Below are positions 1-10,308 of a stretch of DNA of 64,000 nt, one piece after another; within the stretch, counting starts at the first letter, position 1, and the number at the start of each line of letters is the position of its first letter. This DNA comes from a virus. Made by a program: the position numbers and the translations under genes. The notes below the pieces were generated by a model. The model had not been told where the DNA came from. It saw only the letters and a list, made by a program, of their open reading frames with translations, and searched no databases. The DNA lies in IMG/VR virus record IMGVR_UViG_3300025674_000023, positions 1 through 64,000 of that record; one strand, 5' to 3'.

Positions 1-324
1 ACAGCAACGAATGATAATACTAATGTCTATTGGAGATTGATTGAGAACCCAACATTAACTGGTGCAAGTTGGACAGATCATCCAGATCCAAACTCCTTTA
101 TCCAATACGACACAAGTGCTACTGCTATAACTGGTGGAAATATTATCCTGAGTGGATTTACGATTTCTGGTGGTTCTTCTCTTGTAGAGGTTGATGATAA
201 GGCAGGACTACAGATTGGTAGAAGTGGTATTGGAACGATTAGTGATATATACACTTTAGCATGTGCTTCACCTAATACTAACAAAGCAGCACTCGCAGTA
301 TTAAACTGGATTGAACAAAGGTAA
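1..324 (+). CDS. hypothetical protein, 5'-truncated by window edge
   Basis: Frame is open from position 1 (ACA GCA ACG...) to stop at 324; lies directly upstream of the terminase gene. Confidence 0.7.
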   Translation, partial: TATNDNTNVYWRLIENPTLTGASWTDHPDPNSFIQYDTSATAITGGNIILSGFTISGGSSLVEVDDKAGLQIGRSGIGTISDIYTLACASPNTNKAALAVLNWIEQR

Positions 325-330
325 TTTTTT

Positions 331-1977
331 ATGAGTGAAGTATATCTTGGTAATCCTAATCTAAAAAAAGCAAATACACAAATTGAGTTTACAGAGGAAC
401 AAATTATTGAGTTCCTCAAATGTAAAGAAGATCCCGTATATTTTGCAAGGAAATATATAAAAATTGTTTCTCTTGATGAAGGTCTTGTGCCTTTCGATAT
501 GTATCCGTTTCAAGAGAAGTTAATTCAAAACTTCCACGATAACAGATTCAATATTTGTAAGATGCCACGTCAGACGGGCAAATCTACTACGTGCGTATCT
601 TATCTGCTTCATTATGCAGTATTTAATGATAATGTAAACATTGCTATCCTAGCAAACAAAGCATCAACTGCTAGAGACCTTCTTGGAAGATTACAAACTG
701 CATATGAAAACTTGCCTAGGTGGATGCAACAAGGTATTGTATCATGGAACAAAGGTAGTCTGGAATTAGAAAATGGGTCCAAAATTTCGTCTAACTCTAC
801 TTCTTCATCTGCTGTCCGAGGCGGATCCTATAATGTCATCTTTCTTGATGAGTTCGCATTCATCCCGAATCACATTGCTGATGACTTCTTTGCCTCTGTT
901 TATCCTACTATTTCTTCTGGATCGAGCACGAAGGTAATTATCGTTTCTACCCCTCGTGGTATGAATCACTTCTACCGCATGTGGCACGATGCGGAAAGAG
1001 GTAAAAATGAATATATACCAACAGAAGTTCATTGGTCAGAAGTTCCGGGTAGAGATACAAAATGGAAAGAGCAAACAATTGCAAATACTTCTGAACAGCA
1101 ATTTAAAGTTGAGTTTGAATGCGAATTTTTAGGTTCTGTCAATACTCTTATTAATCCAGCAAAACTTAAAAATCTTGTTTATGAAAATCCCATAAAAAGA
1201 AATGCAGGACTTGACATTTATGAAAATACAAAACCAGAAAATAATTATCTCATTACTGTTGACGTTGCTCGCGGTTTGGGGAACGACTATTCTGCTTTTA
1301 TCGTGTTTGATATCACACAATTCCCGTACAAGGTCGTTGCAAAGTACAGAAATAATGAAATCAAACCAATGCTCTTTCCAAACATTATTGAAGAAGTTGG
1401 AAAAGCGTATAATGATGCCTGGTTACTAATAGAAGTTAATGACATTGGTGATCAGGTTGCAAGTATTTTACATTATGATTTGGAATATGATAATCTTCTC
1501 ATGGCATCAATGAGAGGTCGGGCAGGACAGATTGTGGGAACAGGATTTAGTGGAAAAAAATCTCAACTTGGTGTTCGAATGACATCTGCAGTTAAGAAGT
1601 TGGGTTGCTCTAATCTTAAAACATTTTTAGAAGATGATAAATTATTGACAGTTGACTATGAAATTATTAATGAATTAACTACATTTTCTCAAAAACATAA
1701 TACATTTGAAGCGGAAGAGGGTTGTAATGACGATTTGGCGATGTGTTTAGTTATATTCTCTTGGTTAGTTGCTCAAGATTATTTTAAAGAAATGACAGAT
1801 AATGATATTCGTAAAAGAATATATGAAGAGCAAAGAAATCAAATAGAACAGGATATGGCGCCATTTGGATTTATATCTGATGGATTCGATAATGTGGAAG
1901 AATTTGTAGATAATCAGGGTGATCGGTGGTATACAGATGAATATGGAGATAGATCTTTTATGTGGGAATATATGTAA
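331..1977 (+). CDS. gp17: terminase large subunit (T4 gp17-like)
   Basis: Walker A PRQTGKST, Walker B IFLDEFAF, C-terminal RNase H-like nuclease (VDVARG..., DDLAM); synteny with gp18-gp23. Confidence 0.97.
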   Translation: MSEVYLGNPNLKKANTQIEFTEEQIIEFLKCKEDPVYFARKYIKIVSLDEGLVPFDMYPFQEKLIQNFHDNRFNICKMPRQTGKSTTCVSYLLHYAVFNDNVNIAILANKASTARDLLGRLQTAYENLPRWMQQGIVSWNKGSLELENGSKISSNSTSSSAVRGGSYNVIFLDEFAFIPNHIADDFFASVYPTISSGSSTKVIIVSTPRGMNHFYRMWHDAERGKNEYIPTEVHWSEVPGRDTKWKEQTIANTSEQQFKVEFECEFLGSVNTLINPAKLKNLVYENPIKRNAGLDIYENTKPENNYLITVDVARGLGNDYSAFIVFDITQFPYKVVAKYRNNEIKPMLFPNIIEEVGKAYNDAWLLIEVNDIGDQVASILHYDLEYDNLLMASMRGRAGQIVGTGFSGKKSQLGVRMTSAVKKLGCSNLKTFLEDDKLLTVDYEIINELTTFSQKHNTFEAEEGCNDDLAMCLVIFSWLVAQDYFKEMTDNDIRKRIYEEQRNQIEQDMAPFGFISDGFDNVEEFVDNQGDRWYTDEYGDRSFMWEYM

Positions 1978-2031
1978 ATAGAGGAAATAATAAATACTTT
2001 TAGATAAATTTGGATTGCGAGGGAAGTTAAG

Positions 2032-4233
2032 ATGCCATTAAATTTAGCATCTCCTGGTATTGTAGTAAGGGAAATTGATTTAACAACCGGAAGAACTGCT
2101 CCTGCACAAAATAGAACCGGAGCACTTGTAGCACCTTTCTCTCAGGGACCGGTCAACGTTCCAATTTTGATTGAAAATGAAAGTGATCTTTTAAATACTT
2201 TTGGTCAACCATCTTCAACTAATAAGCAGTATGAATATTGGTTTACAGCATCTTCTTATCTCTCTTATGGAGGAAATTTAAGGGTCGTAAGAGCAAATGA
2301 TACTAAGTTAAAAAATTCAGTAGCAGAAGGAACTGAAGTAAAAATTGATAGTTTAGATCATTATAATGATCTAGGATATGACGAAAATACTCTCTCAGGT
2401 AGATTTGTAGCAGCAAGAAATCCAGGAACCTGGGGAAATGATTTAAGAGTTTGTATTATTGACAATTTTGCCGATCAAATTTTAACCGGAATTGATACAT
2501 CAGCAAATAATATTGTAGTTGGGTATGGAGTTACTCAAGATCTGTCAGGTAAAGTATCTGCCGGTGTAGGAACAACTACAGTATTAGACGGATATTTAAA
2601 AGGTATCATAACTGGTATTGGAGCTTCCGTTGGATTAGGAACAAGTCAAATTTCCGTTAAAGTTCTTTCAAAGGTATCATCAGCAGGAACAGAAACTTCA
2701 GTAGAGTATCAAGAATCTAGCAATTATGCTTTCAAAGCAGATACTTTATATTTCTTAGATAACACAAAAGAAAATGGAGATTCACCAACAGGATCTGCAC
2801 AATCTGCTACATCAGCAATAGATTGGTTCAATTCTCAAAAAGTTGGTGTAACAAGTTCTTTAACTATTGATTGGAGTAGTGTTGCACCAAGACCTGGAAC
2901 ATCATCTTTTGCCGCAGCAAGAGGATCTAAATTTGATGAAGTTCATATATTAGTTATTGATGCAAAAGGATCTGTTACAGGAAATGCAGGAACAATTCTT
3001 GAAAAACATCTAAGTCTTTCAAAAGCAAAGGATGCAGAGTTTTCAGCTGGTTCGCCATCTTATTGGAGAAAGTATCTTGCCAATAATTCCGAATATATTT
3101 TCGGTTTAGGAGAACCATTGGGAGTTACTTCAACTAGTTCTGGTTTCTTATCAAATGAATATACATTAATCACTGACAATGCTTGGGATCAAAACGCCGA
3201 AGGAATTACTTTCAAATCTGCTGGAGCAAAGGATTACTCCTTAACAAACGGAAAAAATTATGGTGGACAGGTTGGATTTGGAACAACATCACTTTCCCTT
3301 AAAGCAAATTTGAGTGGATTATCTGAAGGATATGATTTATTTGAAAATACTGATAATTTTACTGTAGATTTTCTTTTAATGGGATCTGCATTTCATACAA
3401 AAGAAGACTGCCAAGCTTTGGCAAATAAAATAATTTCAGTTGCTGAGTTGAGACAAGATGCGATAGCATTTGTTTCTCCAAATAGAGGTTCTTTACTTAG
3501 TGATACTTCAGACGAAACTGCTGTAAATGTTTATTCTGCAGCAACAATTACAAATAATTTAATCGAATATTACTCACCAATTACTTCATCTTCTTATGGA
3601 GTATTTGATAGTGGATACAAATACATGTATGATAGATTTAATGATACATTTAGATATATTCCTCTAAATGGCGATATTGCAGGTCTTTGTGCTAGAACTG
3701 ATATTAATTTGTTCCCTTGGTATTCTCCAGCAGGAACAGCAAAAGGTGCCATCTTAAATGCAGTTAAACTTGCATACAATCCAACAAAATCTCAAAGAGA
3801 TAAATTGTACTCTGCAAGAATAAATCCTGTAGTATTCTCTCCAGGAGCTGGTATTATTCTTTTCGGAGATAAGACTGGATTAGCAAAAGCATCTGCGTTT
3901 GATAGAATTAATGTTCGTCGTCTATTCATCTATCTTGAGGATGCAATTTCTGCGGCAGCAAAAGATGCAATGTTTGAATTTAATGATGAAATAACAAGAA
4001 CCAATTTTGTAAATACTGTCGAACCATTCCTTCGTGATGTTCAATCAAATAGAGGAATCACTGATTATGTTGTTATTTGTGATGAAACAAATAACACTGC
4101 TGCTGTGATAGATAATAATGAATTCGTTGCTGACATTTTCATTAAGCCAGCAAGATCAATTAACTTCATTGGTCTGACCTTTGTTGCCACCAAGACTGGT
4201 GTTGATTTTGAAGAAGTAATCGGAAACTTTTAA
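2032..4233 (+). CDS. gp18: tail sheath protein
   Basis: N-term LASPGIVVREID, C-term PWYSPAG...FDRINVRRLF...FIKPARSINFI typical of T4 gp18. Confidence 0.97.
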   Translation: MPLNLASPGIVVREIDLTTGRTAPAQNRTGALVAPFSQGPVNVPILIENESDLLNTFGQPSSTNKQYEYWFTASSYLSYGGNLRVVRANDTKLKNSVAEGTEVKIDSLDHYNDLGYDENTLSGRFVAARNPGTWGNDLRVCIIDNFADQILTGIDTSANNIVVGYGVTQDLSGKVSAGVGTTTVLDGYLKGIITGIGASVGLGTSQISVKVLSKVSSAGTETSVEYQESSNYAFKADTLYFLDNTKENGDSPTGSAQSATSAIDWFNSQKVGVTSSLTIDWSSVAPRPGTSSFAAARGSKFDEVHILVIDAKGSVTGNAGTILEKHLSLSKAKDAEFSAGSPSYWRKYLANNSEYIFGLGEPLGVTSTSSGFLSNEYTLITDNAWDQNAEGITFKSAGAKDYSLTNGKNYGGQVGFGTTSLSLKANLSGLSEGYDLFENTDNFTVDFLLMGSAFHTKEDCQALANKIISVAELRQDAIAFVSPNRGSLLSDTSDETAVNVYSAATITNNLIEYYSPITSSSYGVFDSGYKYMYDRFNDTFRYIPLNGDIAGLCARTDINLFPWYSPAGTAKGAILNAVKLAYNPTKSQRDKLYSARINPVVFSPGAGIILFGDKTGLAKASAFDRINVRRLFIYLEDAISAAAKDAMFEFNDEITRTNFVNTVEPFLRDVQSNRGITDYVVICDETNNTAAVIDNNEFVADIFIKPARSINFIGLTFVATKTGVDFEEVIGNF

Positions 4234-4255
4234 TTAGAATAGAGGTTCTAAAACT

Positions 4256-4846
4256 ATGGCAACTAGAAATCAAGTCAATAATATTCCGCTAAGAAAAATT
4301 ACTGATTTTAAAAGTAAATTAACTGGCGGTGGCACAAGATCTAATCTATTTGAAGTTGAACTTTCTTTCCCAACAGCAGTTGGTATTGATGCAGTAACTT
4401 TAGATAAGACAAGATTTTTAACAAAATCTGCTGCTCTTCCAGCATCAAGTGTTGCTCCTATTGAAGTAGCTTTCAGAGGAAGAACATTAAAATTAGCTGG
4501 AGATCGCACCTTTGAAAGTTGGACTATCACTATCATTAATGATGTAGATTTTTCAATTCGCTCATCTTTTGAAAAATGGATGAATTATATTAACCGTCTT
4601 TCTGATAATACTGGTTCAATTGATCCATCTACATATCAGGCAGATGCTTTTGTTCATCAATTAAATCGTGATGGATCTATCCTCAGATCATATCATTTCT
4701 ATGACATTTTCCCAACAAATATTTCAACAATCAATCTCTCTTACGATAGCGAAGCAATAGAAGAATTTACTGTTGAAATGCAAATTCACTGGTGGGAAGC
4801 AATTAAAGGAAGTTCTCCAGTTGCTGGTGGTGAAAACATTAACTAA
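4256..4846 (+). CDS. gp19: tail tube protein
   Basis: GGTRSNLFEV, AGDRTFESWTITIIND motifs; follows sheath gene. Confidence 0.95.
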   Translation: MATRNQVNNIPLRKITDFKSKLTGGGTRSNLFEVELSFPTAVGIDAVTLDKTRFLTKSAALPASSVAPIEVAFRGRTLKLAGDRTFESWTITIINDVDFSIRSSFEKWMNYINRLSDNTGSIDPSTYQADAFVHQLNRDGSILRSYHFYDIFPTNISTINLSYDSEAIEEFTVEMQIHWWEAIKGSSPVAGGENIN

Positions 4847-4877
4847 ATAGTCAATAACAACGAGTTAAATTTATAAA

Positions 4878-6521
4878 ATGGCGAAACTTTTTGGTTTTTC
4901 GATTGATGATGAAAAAGAAAGGTCTAAATCTATAGTATCCCCCGTTCCTCCTGCAGATGAGGACGGGGTTGACTATTTTATTCAATCAGGATTTTATGGT
5001 CAATATGTAGACATTGAAGGTGTTTATAGAACTGAACATGATTTAATTCGTCGTTATAGAGAGATGGCTCTTCATCCAGAATGTGATGGAGCTATCGAAG
5101 ATGTAATTAATGAAGCAATCGTAAGTGATCTTTACGATTCTCCAGTAGAAATAGAATTGAGTAATTTAAATGCTAGTGATAAATTAAAGCAAGTTATTCG
5201 AGAGGAATTTAGATCCATTAAAGAAATGATGGATTTTGATAGAAAATCTCACGAAATTTTTAGAAATTGGTATGTTGATGGTAGAGTATATTATTTAAAA
5301 GTCATTGATATTCAAAATCCGCAAGAAGGGATCAAAGAGCTCAGATATATTGATCCCATGAAAATGAAGCATGTTCGTCAAGAAGTTAAAAAAAATGAAG
5401 ATAATAAAATCAACAATTTAACATCGTCTCAGGATCCAGCACTAATTTATTCTCAAATCGAAGAATATTTTATCTACACTCCAACTCCAAATTATCCGAT
5501 GGGATCTATTTCAGGATCATCCAAAGGAGCAATTAAAATTGCGAAAGATTCAATTACATATTGCACTTCAGGTTTAGTAGATAGAAATAAAGGATCAGTT
5601 CTTTCTTACCTTCATAAAGCAATCAAAGCACTCAATCAACTTCGCATGATTGAGGATTCACTTGTAATTTACAGACTTTCAAGAGCACCTGAGAGAAGAA
5701 TTTTTTATATTGATGTTGGCAATCTCCCTAAAGTAAAAGCGGAACAATACCTTAAAGAGGTTATGTCTCGTTATAGAAACAAACTTGTTTACGATGCAAA
5801 TACCGGAGAAGTTCGTGATGATCGTAAATTTATGAGTATGCTTGAAGATTTTTGGCTTCCTAGAAGAGAAGGTGGGAGAGGAACGGAAATTACTACTCTT
5901 CCAGGTGGTCAAAATCTTGGAGAACTTTCGGATATTGAATATTTTCAAAAGAAACTTTATAGAGCATTAGGAGTTCCAGAATCAAGAATTGCTGCAAATG
6001 ATGGATTCAATCTCGGACGTTCTTCTGAAATTTTAAGAGATGAACTTAAGTTTTCCAAGTTTGTTGGTCGTCTGAGAAAGAGATTTGCTCAATTATTTAA
6101 TGACATGTTGCGCACACAGTTGCTGCTAAAAAATATTGTTACTCCAGAAGATTGGGAAATTATGGAAGATCATATTCAATATGACTTCCTATATGATAAT
6201 CATTTTTCAGAACTCAAAGAAGCAGAATTGTTACAAAATCGTTTATCTTTACTTACAACAGTTGAGCCATATATTGGAAAATATTATTCAACTGAATATG
6301 TTCGCAGAAGAATTTTGCGTCAAACAGATTCTGAAATTATTGATATTGATACGCAAATTGATATGGAAATTGAAATGGGTATTCTTCCAGATCCAAATGC
6401 CCCGACAGATGAATTTGGAAATCCTATTCCACAAAATCCAGAACAATCTCTTGGGAATATCCCAAAAGATCCTGATGTAAGTGGAACTTCTACTCAAGCT
6501 CCAGAAATAAAAGGAACATAG
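4878..6521 (+). CDS. gp20: portal vertex protein
   Basis: RAPERRIFYIDVGNLPK, EDFWLPRREGGRGTEITTLPGG motifs of T4 gp20. Confidence 0.97.
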   Translation: MAKLFGFSIDDEKERSKSIVSPVPPADEDGVDYFIQSGFYGQYVDIEGVYRTEHDLIRRYREMALHPECDGAIEDVINEAIVSDLYDSPVEIELSNLNASDKLKQVIREEFRSIKEMMDFDRKSHEIFRNWYVDGRVYYLKVIDIQNPQEGIKELRYIDPMKMKHVRQEVKKNEDNKINNLTSSQDPALIYSQIEEYFIYTPTPNYPMGSISGSSKGAIKIAKDSITYCTSGLVDRNKGSVLSYLHKAIKALNQLRMIEDSLVIYRLSRAPERRIFYIDVGNLPKVKAEQYLKEVMSRYRNKLVYDANTGEVRDDRKFMSMLEDFWLPRREGGRGTEITTLPGGQNLGELSDIEYFQKKLYRALGVPESRIAANDGFNLGRSSEILRDELKFSKFVGRLRKRFAQLFNDMLRTQLLLKNIVTPEDWEIMEDHIQYDFLYDNHFSELKEAELLQNRLSLLTTVEPYIGKYYSTEYVRRRILRQTDSEIIDIDTQIDMEIEMGILPDPNAPTDEFGNPIPQNPEQSLGNIPKDPDVSGTSTQAPEIKGT

Positions 6522-6559
6522 AAAAATATAAATAAGTTTATAGTTATAGCATAGTTCAC

Positions 6560-6721
6560 ATGGAAGATCTTGTCGATTTGATTGCAACTGATGGATCCGC
6601 ATCAGATGTTTCGGATAAAATTAAAGAAATTTTATATAATAAAGCTTCTGAAAGAATAGATAATGCAAGACCTGAAATTGCAGCAATGATGTTTGATAAC
6701 ACACCAGAGGAAGAAGAATAA
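6560..6721 (+). CDS. small acidic protein (53 aa), gp67-position prohead core candidate
   Basis: Not in ORF track; reads MEDLVDLIATDGSASDVSDKIKEILYNKASERID...PEEEE; late promoter TATAAATA at 6527-6534. Confidence 0.7.
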   Translation: MEDLVDLIATDGSASDVSDKIKEILYNKASERIDNARPEIAAMMFDNTPEEEE

Positions 6722-6990
6722 TGGCAAGAACTTTAATTAAAGGAAATGAAGTAGTTGTTCCAACATCTGCTGGTATTGGAATTAGTTTTTCTGAAGCAAC
6801 CGTAGTTAGACTTGTAAACACAAGTTCTGATCCAAGAGTAATTACAGTTCAAGAAACTGCTGGTGGAACAGGAATTGGTTCATTTACCATGCTAGGTTCG
6901 ACTACAGAATATTTGGAAAAAAATCCATCATATACAGTATTTGCAAGTGCTAGTGGAGTTCTTGGAGCAAAAGTAGGATTTACCGTATAA
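6721..6990 (+). CDS. hypothetical protein in head gene cluster
   Basis: Start overlaps previous stop; lies between portal and prohead protease genes. Confidence 0.75.
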   Translation: MARTLIKGNEVVVPTSAGIGISFSEATVVRLVNTSSDPRVITVQETAGGTGIGSFTMLGSTTEYLEKNPSYTVFASASGVLGAKVGFTV

Positions 6991-6995
6991 AAAAA

Positions 6996-7646
6996 ATGAA
7001 ATTAATCACGGAAGAAATTCAAAAAGTAGAATTTATCACAGAAGGAAAAGGTGCAGATCAAAAACACTATATTAAAGGTGTTTTTCTTCAATCCGAATGT
7101 GTAAATCGCAACGGAAGAATGTATCCTTTTCCAATCATGGAAAAGGAAGTTAAAAGATATAGCGATAACTTCATTAGTAAGGGTCGCGCTTTAGGAGAAC
7201 TTGGTCATCCTGATGGCCCTACCATTAATTTGGATAGAGTTTCGCATAAAATTTGTGAGCTAAATCAAAATGGAAACAATTTCATTGGTAAAGCTCAACT
7301 TCTAGAAACTCCAATGGGAAAGATTGCAAAATCTTTAATTAAAGAAGGAGTTACTTTAGGTGTTTCTTCTCGCGGTGTTGGATCACTTAAAATGACCAAT
7401 CAGGGTCATAAAATTGTTGGTGATGATTTCATGTTAGCAACTGCTGCTGATATCGTTGCCGATCCTTCTGCTCCTGATGCTTTTGTTCAGGGAATTATGG
7501 AAGGAAAAGAATGGGTGTGGGAAGGTGGAATTCTTCGTGAACAACTTGCAGAAAGAACCCAGAAGACTATAAACACTCTTGTTGATCAAAAAAGACTTGA
7601 AGAGCATAAACTTGCTCTCTTTCAAAGATTTCTTCTAGATCTTTAA
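6996..7646 (+). CDS. gp21: prohead core protease
   Basis: ALGELGHP, GVSSRGVGSL, ADIVADPSAPDA motifs. Confidence 0.96.
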   Translation: MKLITEEIQKVEFITEGKGADQKHYIKGVFLQSECVNRNGRMYPFPIMEKEVKRYSDNFISKGRALGELGHPDGPTINLDRVSHKICELNQNGNNFIGKAQLLETPMGKIAKSLIKEGVTLGVSSRGVGSLKMTNQGHKIVGDDFMLATAADIVADPSAPDAFVQGIMEGKEWVWEGGILREQLAERTQKTINTLVDQKRLEEHKLALFQRFLLDL

Positions 7647-7648
7647 TT

Positions 7649-7656
7649 TATAAATA
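7649..7656 (+). promoter_or_regulatory. T4-type late promoter TATAAATA (gp55-dependent)
   Basis: Exact TATAAATA upstream of gp22; further copies at 6527, 18627, 43852, 50075, 60717, 61527, 62111. Confidence 0.8.
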
Positions 7657-7688
7657 AATATAGATTAATACAATAAATCTAAAAGCAA

Positions 7689-8786
7689 ATGTCCGTTGGT
7701 AGTAATTTACAAGAAATGGAAAACGTAGTAACCAAAGGGGCAGCACCTGCCGAACCAATGCAATCCGGTAACGCTTCTGGAGTAGCAACTCCTGGGCAAG
7801 GATATGAAGATTTAGGTGGTCCTACTCCAGAAAATTATAGAGTCGATGATGACTCTGCACGTCTTAAAACACCTGATCAAACTATTGCGCAGGTAAGAGA
7901 TGTGGTTAATGCTAAAGCAATGGCTGCTGAGCCAATGCAAGGCGTTAGAGAAGAATCTGAAGAAGAGGATTTGATTGATGATGAAGAAGAAGTATTTGAA
8001 AGTTCGGAAGAAGAGTATGAAGAAGAAATTGAAGAGGATACAGAATTCCAAGAAGAAATTGATATTGAAGAAGATGTAAATGCTCTTTTAGAGGGCGAAG
8101 AACTTTCTGAAGAATTCCAAGAAAAAGCGAAAACAATTTTTGAAGCTGCCATTAGATCTAAAGTATCTGAAGTAAAAGAGCAACTTCAAAGTGCTTATGA
8201 GGAAACACTGGTAGAAGAAATCATTTCTATTAAAGAAAGTTTAACTGAGCGTGTTGACGCTTATTTAGAGTATGTTGCAGACGAGTGGATTAAAGAAAAT
8301 GCACTTGCTGTTGAGCAAGGTCTTAAGACCGAAATGACTGAATCATTCCTTGTTGGAATGAAGAGTCTTTTTGAAGATCATTATGTAACTATCCCTGAAG
8401 AGAAATATGATGTAATCGAGAGCATGGTAGATAAACTTGATGAAATGGAAGGAAAACTCAACGAGCAAATTCAAAAGAATGTTGCTCTTAATCAGAGATT
8501 AGCAGAGTCGGTTGCTGATGTAATCTTTGCTGAAGTCGCTGAGGGTCTTGCACTTTCTCAGAAAGACAAACTCGCTTCTCTTGCCGAAAATGTTGAGTTT
8601 GATGGTGAAGACAACTATCGTGAGAAACTAGTAACTTTAAGGGAATCATATTTCCCATCCGATGCTGGTACTCAAAGAAACGTTGGTGAGAATCTATCTG
8701 AAGAAACTGACTACACAATTAATGAGTCAGTAAGTAGCACAATGGGTGCTTACCTTCAGACTCTCCACAGAGTTTCTAAAAAGTGA
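7689..8786 (+). CDS. gp22: prohead core scaffold protein
   Basis: Highly acidic coiled coil, LSEEFQEKAKTIFEAA motif; between gp21 and gp23. Confidence 0.93.
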   Translation: MSVGSNLQEMENVVTKGAAPAEPMQSGNASGVATPGQGYEDLGGPTPENYRVDDDSARLKTPDQTIAQVRDVVNAKAMAAEPMQGVREESEEEDLIDDEEEVFESSEEEYEEEIEEDTEFQEEIDIEEDVNALLEGEELSEEFQEKAKTIFEAAIRSKVSEVKEQLQSAYEETLVEEIISIKESLTERVDAYLEYVADEWIKENALAVEQGLKTEMTESFLVGMKSLFEDHYVTIPEEKYDVIESMVDKLDEMEGKLNEQIQKNVALNQRLAESVADVIFAEVAEGLALSQKDKLASLAENVEFDGEDNYREKLVTLRESYFPSDAGTQRNVGENLSEETDYTINESVSSTMGAYLQTLHRVSKK

Positions 8787-8830
8787 TTTTTAAATTATAA
8801 ATCAAACTAACTTTAACGAGGTAAAATTCA

Positions 8831-10231
8831 ATGCAAATGTTCAATGCCGAGCAATTGCAGGAGAAGTGGTCCCCACTCCTAGACTACGAAGGTCTTGATC
8901 CTATCAAAGATTCTCATCGTAGAGCTGTAACTGCAATCCTGCTCGAAAACCAAGAAACACAAATTCGCGAAGCACAAGAGTTTCTTTACGAGGCACCAAC
9001 CAACAGCACCGGATCCGGTTCTAATCCTGGTCTTGGTGGTGCTACTACTGGAGCTCTTCAAGGTTTCGATCCAGTTCTGATCTCCTTGATCAGACGTTCA
9101 ATGCCTAACTTGATGGCATATGACATCTGTGGCGTTCAACCAATGAACGGTCCTACAGGTCTTATCTTTGCAATGCGTTCACGTTATTCTAGTCAGAGTG
9201 GAGCAGAAAACTTCTACAACGAAGTCGATTCTGCATTCTCTGGTCAGGATTCAGGATTCAACGAAACTGATGGTTTCGTTGATGGTTCTGTTGGTCTTGG
9301 TACTACTGCTCAGGGTGGAAGCAACCCTTCAATCCTTAGCCCAACTGATCAATCCACTAACGCTGGTACTGGCGCTAACCAGTATAACGTTGGTCAAGGT
9401 CTTCGCACCGATGCTGCTGAAGGTCTTGGAGAGTCTGAGCACTTCAACCAGATGGCTTTCTCGATCGAGAAAGTTACTGTTACTGCTAAGTCACGCGCAC
9501 TGAAAGCAGAATATAGTCTTGAACTTGCTCAAGATCTGAAGGCAATTCACGGTCTGAACGCTGAAGCGGAACTCGCAAACATTCTCTCTACTGAGATTCT
9601 TGCTGAAATCAACCGCGAAGTTGTTCGTACCATTTATAAGTCTGCTGTTCCTGGTGCTCAAGCAAACGTTGCTACCGCAGGAACCTTCGACCTCGACGTT
9701 GACTCCAATGGTCGTTGGTCTGTTGAAAAGTTCAAGGGTCTAATCTTCCAAATCGAGCGCGATGCCAACGCTATCGCACAGCAAACTCGTAGAGGAAAGG
9801 GCAACACCATCATTTGCTCTGCAGACGTTGCTTCTGCACTTGCAATGGCTGGTGTTCTCGATTACACTCCTGCACTTAATGCAAATCTTCAGGTAGATGA
9901 TACCGGCAATACTTTCGCTGGTGTTCTTCAGGGCAAGTTCCGCGTTTACATTGACCCATATTCTGCTAACGTTGCTGCTAACCAGTATTACGTCGTAGGA
10001 TACAAGGGTTCTAACCCTTATGACGCAGGTCTCTTCTATTGCCCATACGTTCCTCTCCAAATGGTTCGCGCCGTTGGTGAGAACACCTTCCAGCCTAAGA
10101 TCGGCTTTAAGACCCGTTATGGCATGGTTGCAAATCCATTCGCCAAGGGCGCAACTCTCACCAATCCTGGTGTTATTTCCACCAACTCTAACGTTTACTA
10201 CAGACGCACCAAGGTTACCAACCTTATGTGA
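8831..10231 (+). CDS. gp23: major capsid protein
   Basis: GVQPMNGPTGLIFAMR, KSRALKAEYSLELAQDLKAIHG, FQPKIGFKTRYG. Confidence 0.98.
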   Translation: MQMFNAEQLQEKWSPLLDYEGLDPIKDSHRRAVTAILLENQETQIREAQEFLYEAPTNSTGSGSNPGLGGATTGALQGFDPVLISLIRRSMPNLMAYDICGVQPMNGPTGLIFAMRSRYSSQSGAENFYNEVDSAFSGQDSGFNETDGFVDGSVGLGTTAQGGSNPSILSPTDQSTNAGTGANQYNVGQGLRTDAAEGLGESEHFNQMAFSIEKVTVTAKSRALKAEYSLELAQDLKAIHGLNAEAELANILSTEILAEINREVVRTIYKSAVPGAQANVATAGTFDLDVDSNGRWSVEKFKGLIFQIERDANAIAQQTRRGKGNTIICSADVASALAMAGVLDYTPALNANLQVDDTGNTFAGVLQGKFRVYIDPYSANVAANQYYVVGYKGSNPYDAGLFYCPYVPLQMVRAVGENTFQPKIGFKTRYGMVANPFAKGATLTNPGVISTNSNVYYRRTKVTNLM

Positions 10232-10253
10232 TTTAGATAACAAAGAGTTTTTT

Positions 10254-10281
10254 AGAGGGTTCTTCGGAACCCTCTTTTTTT
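10254..10281 (+). terminator. intrinsic terminator after gp23
   Basis: AGAGGGTTC-TTCG-GAACCCTCT hairpin followed by T-run. Confidence 0.9.
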
Positions 10282-10308
10282 ATCTAAATATATTTAAAGA
10301 CTACTATA

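Noticed and set aside
9740-10243. Long antisense ORFs over gp23, cobS, gp44 and nrdA
   Set aside because: Shadows of well-supported genes with biased codon usage; no motifs or expression signals.
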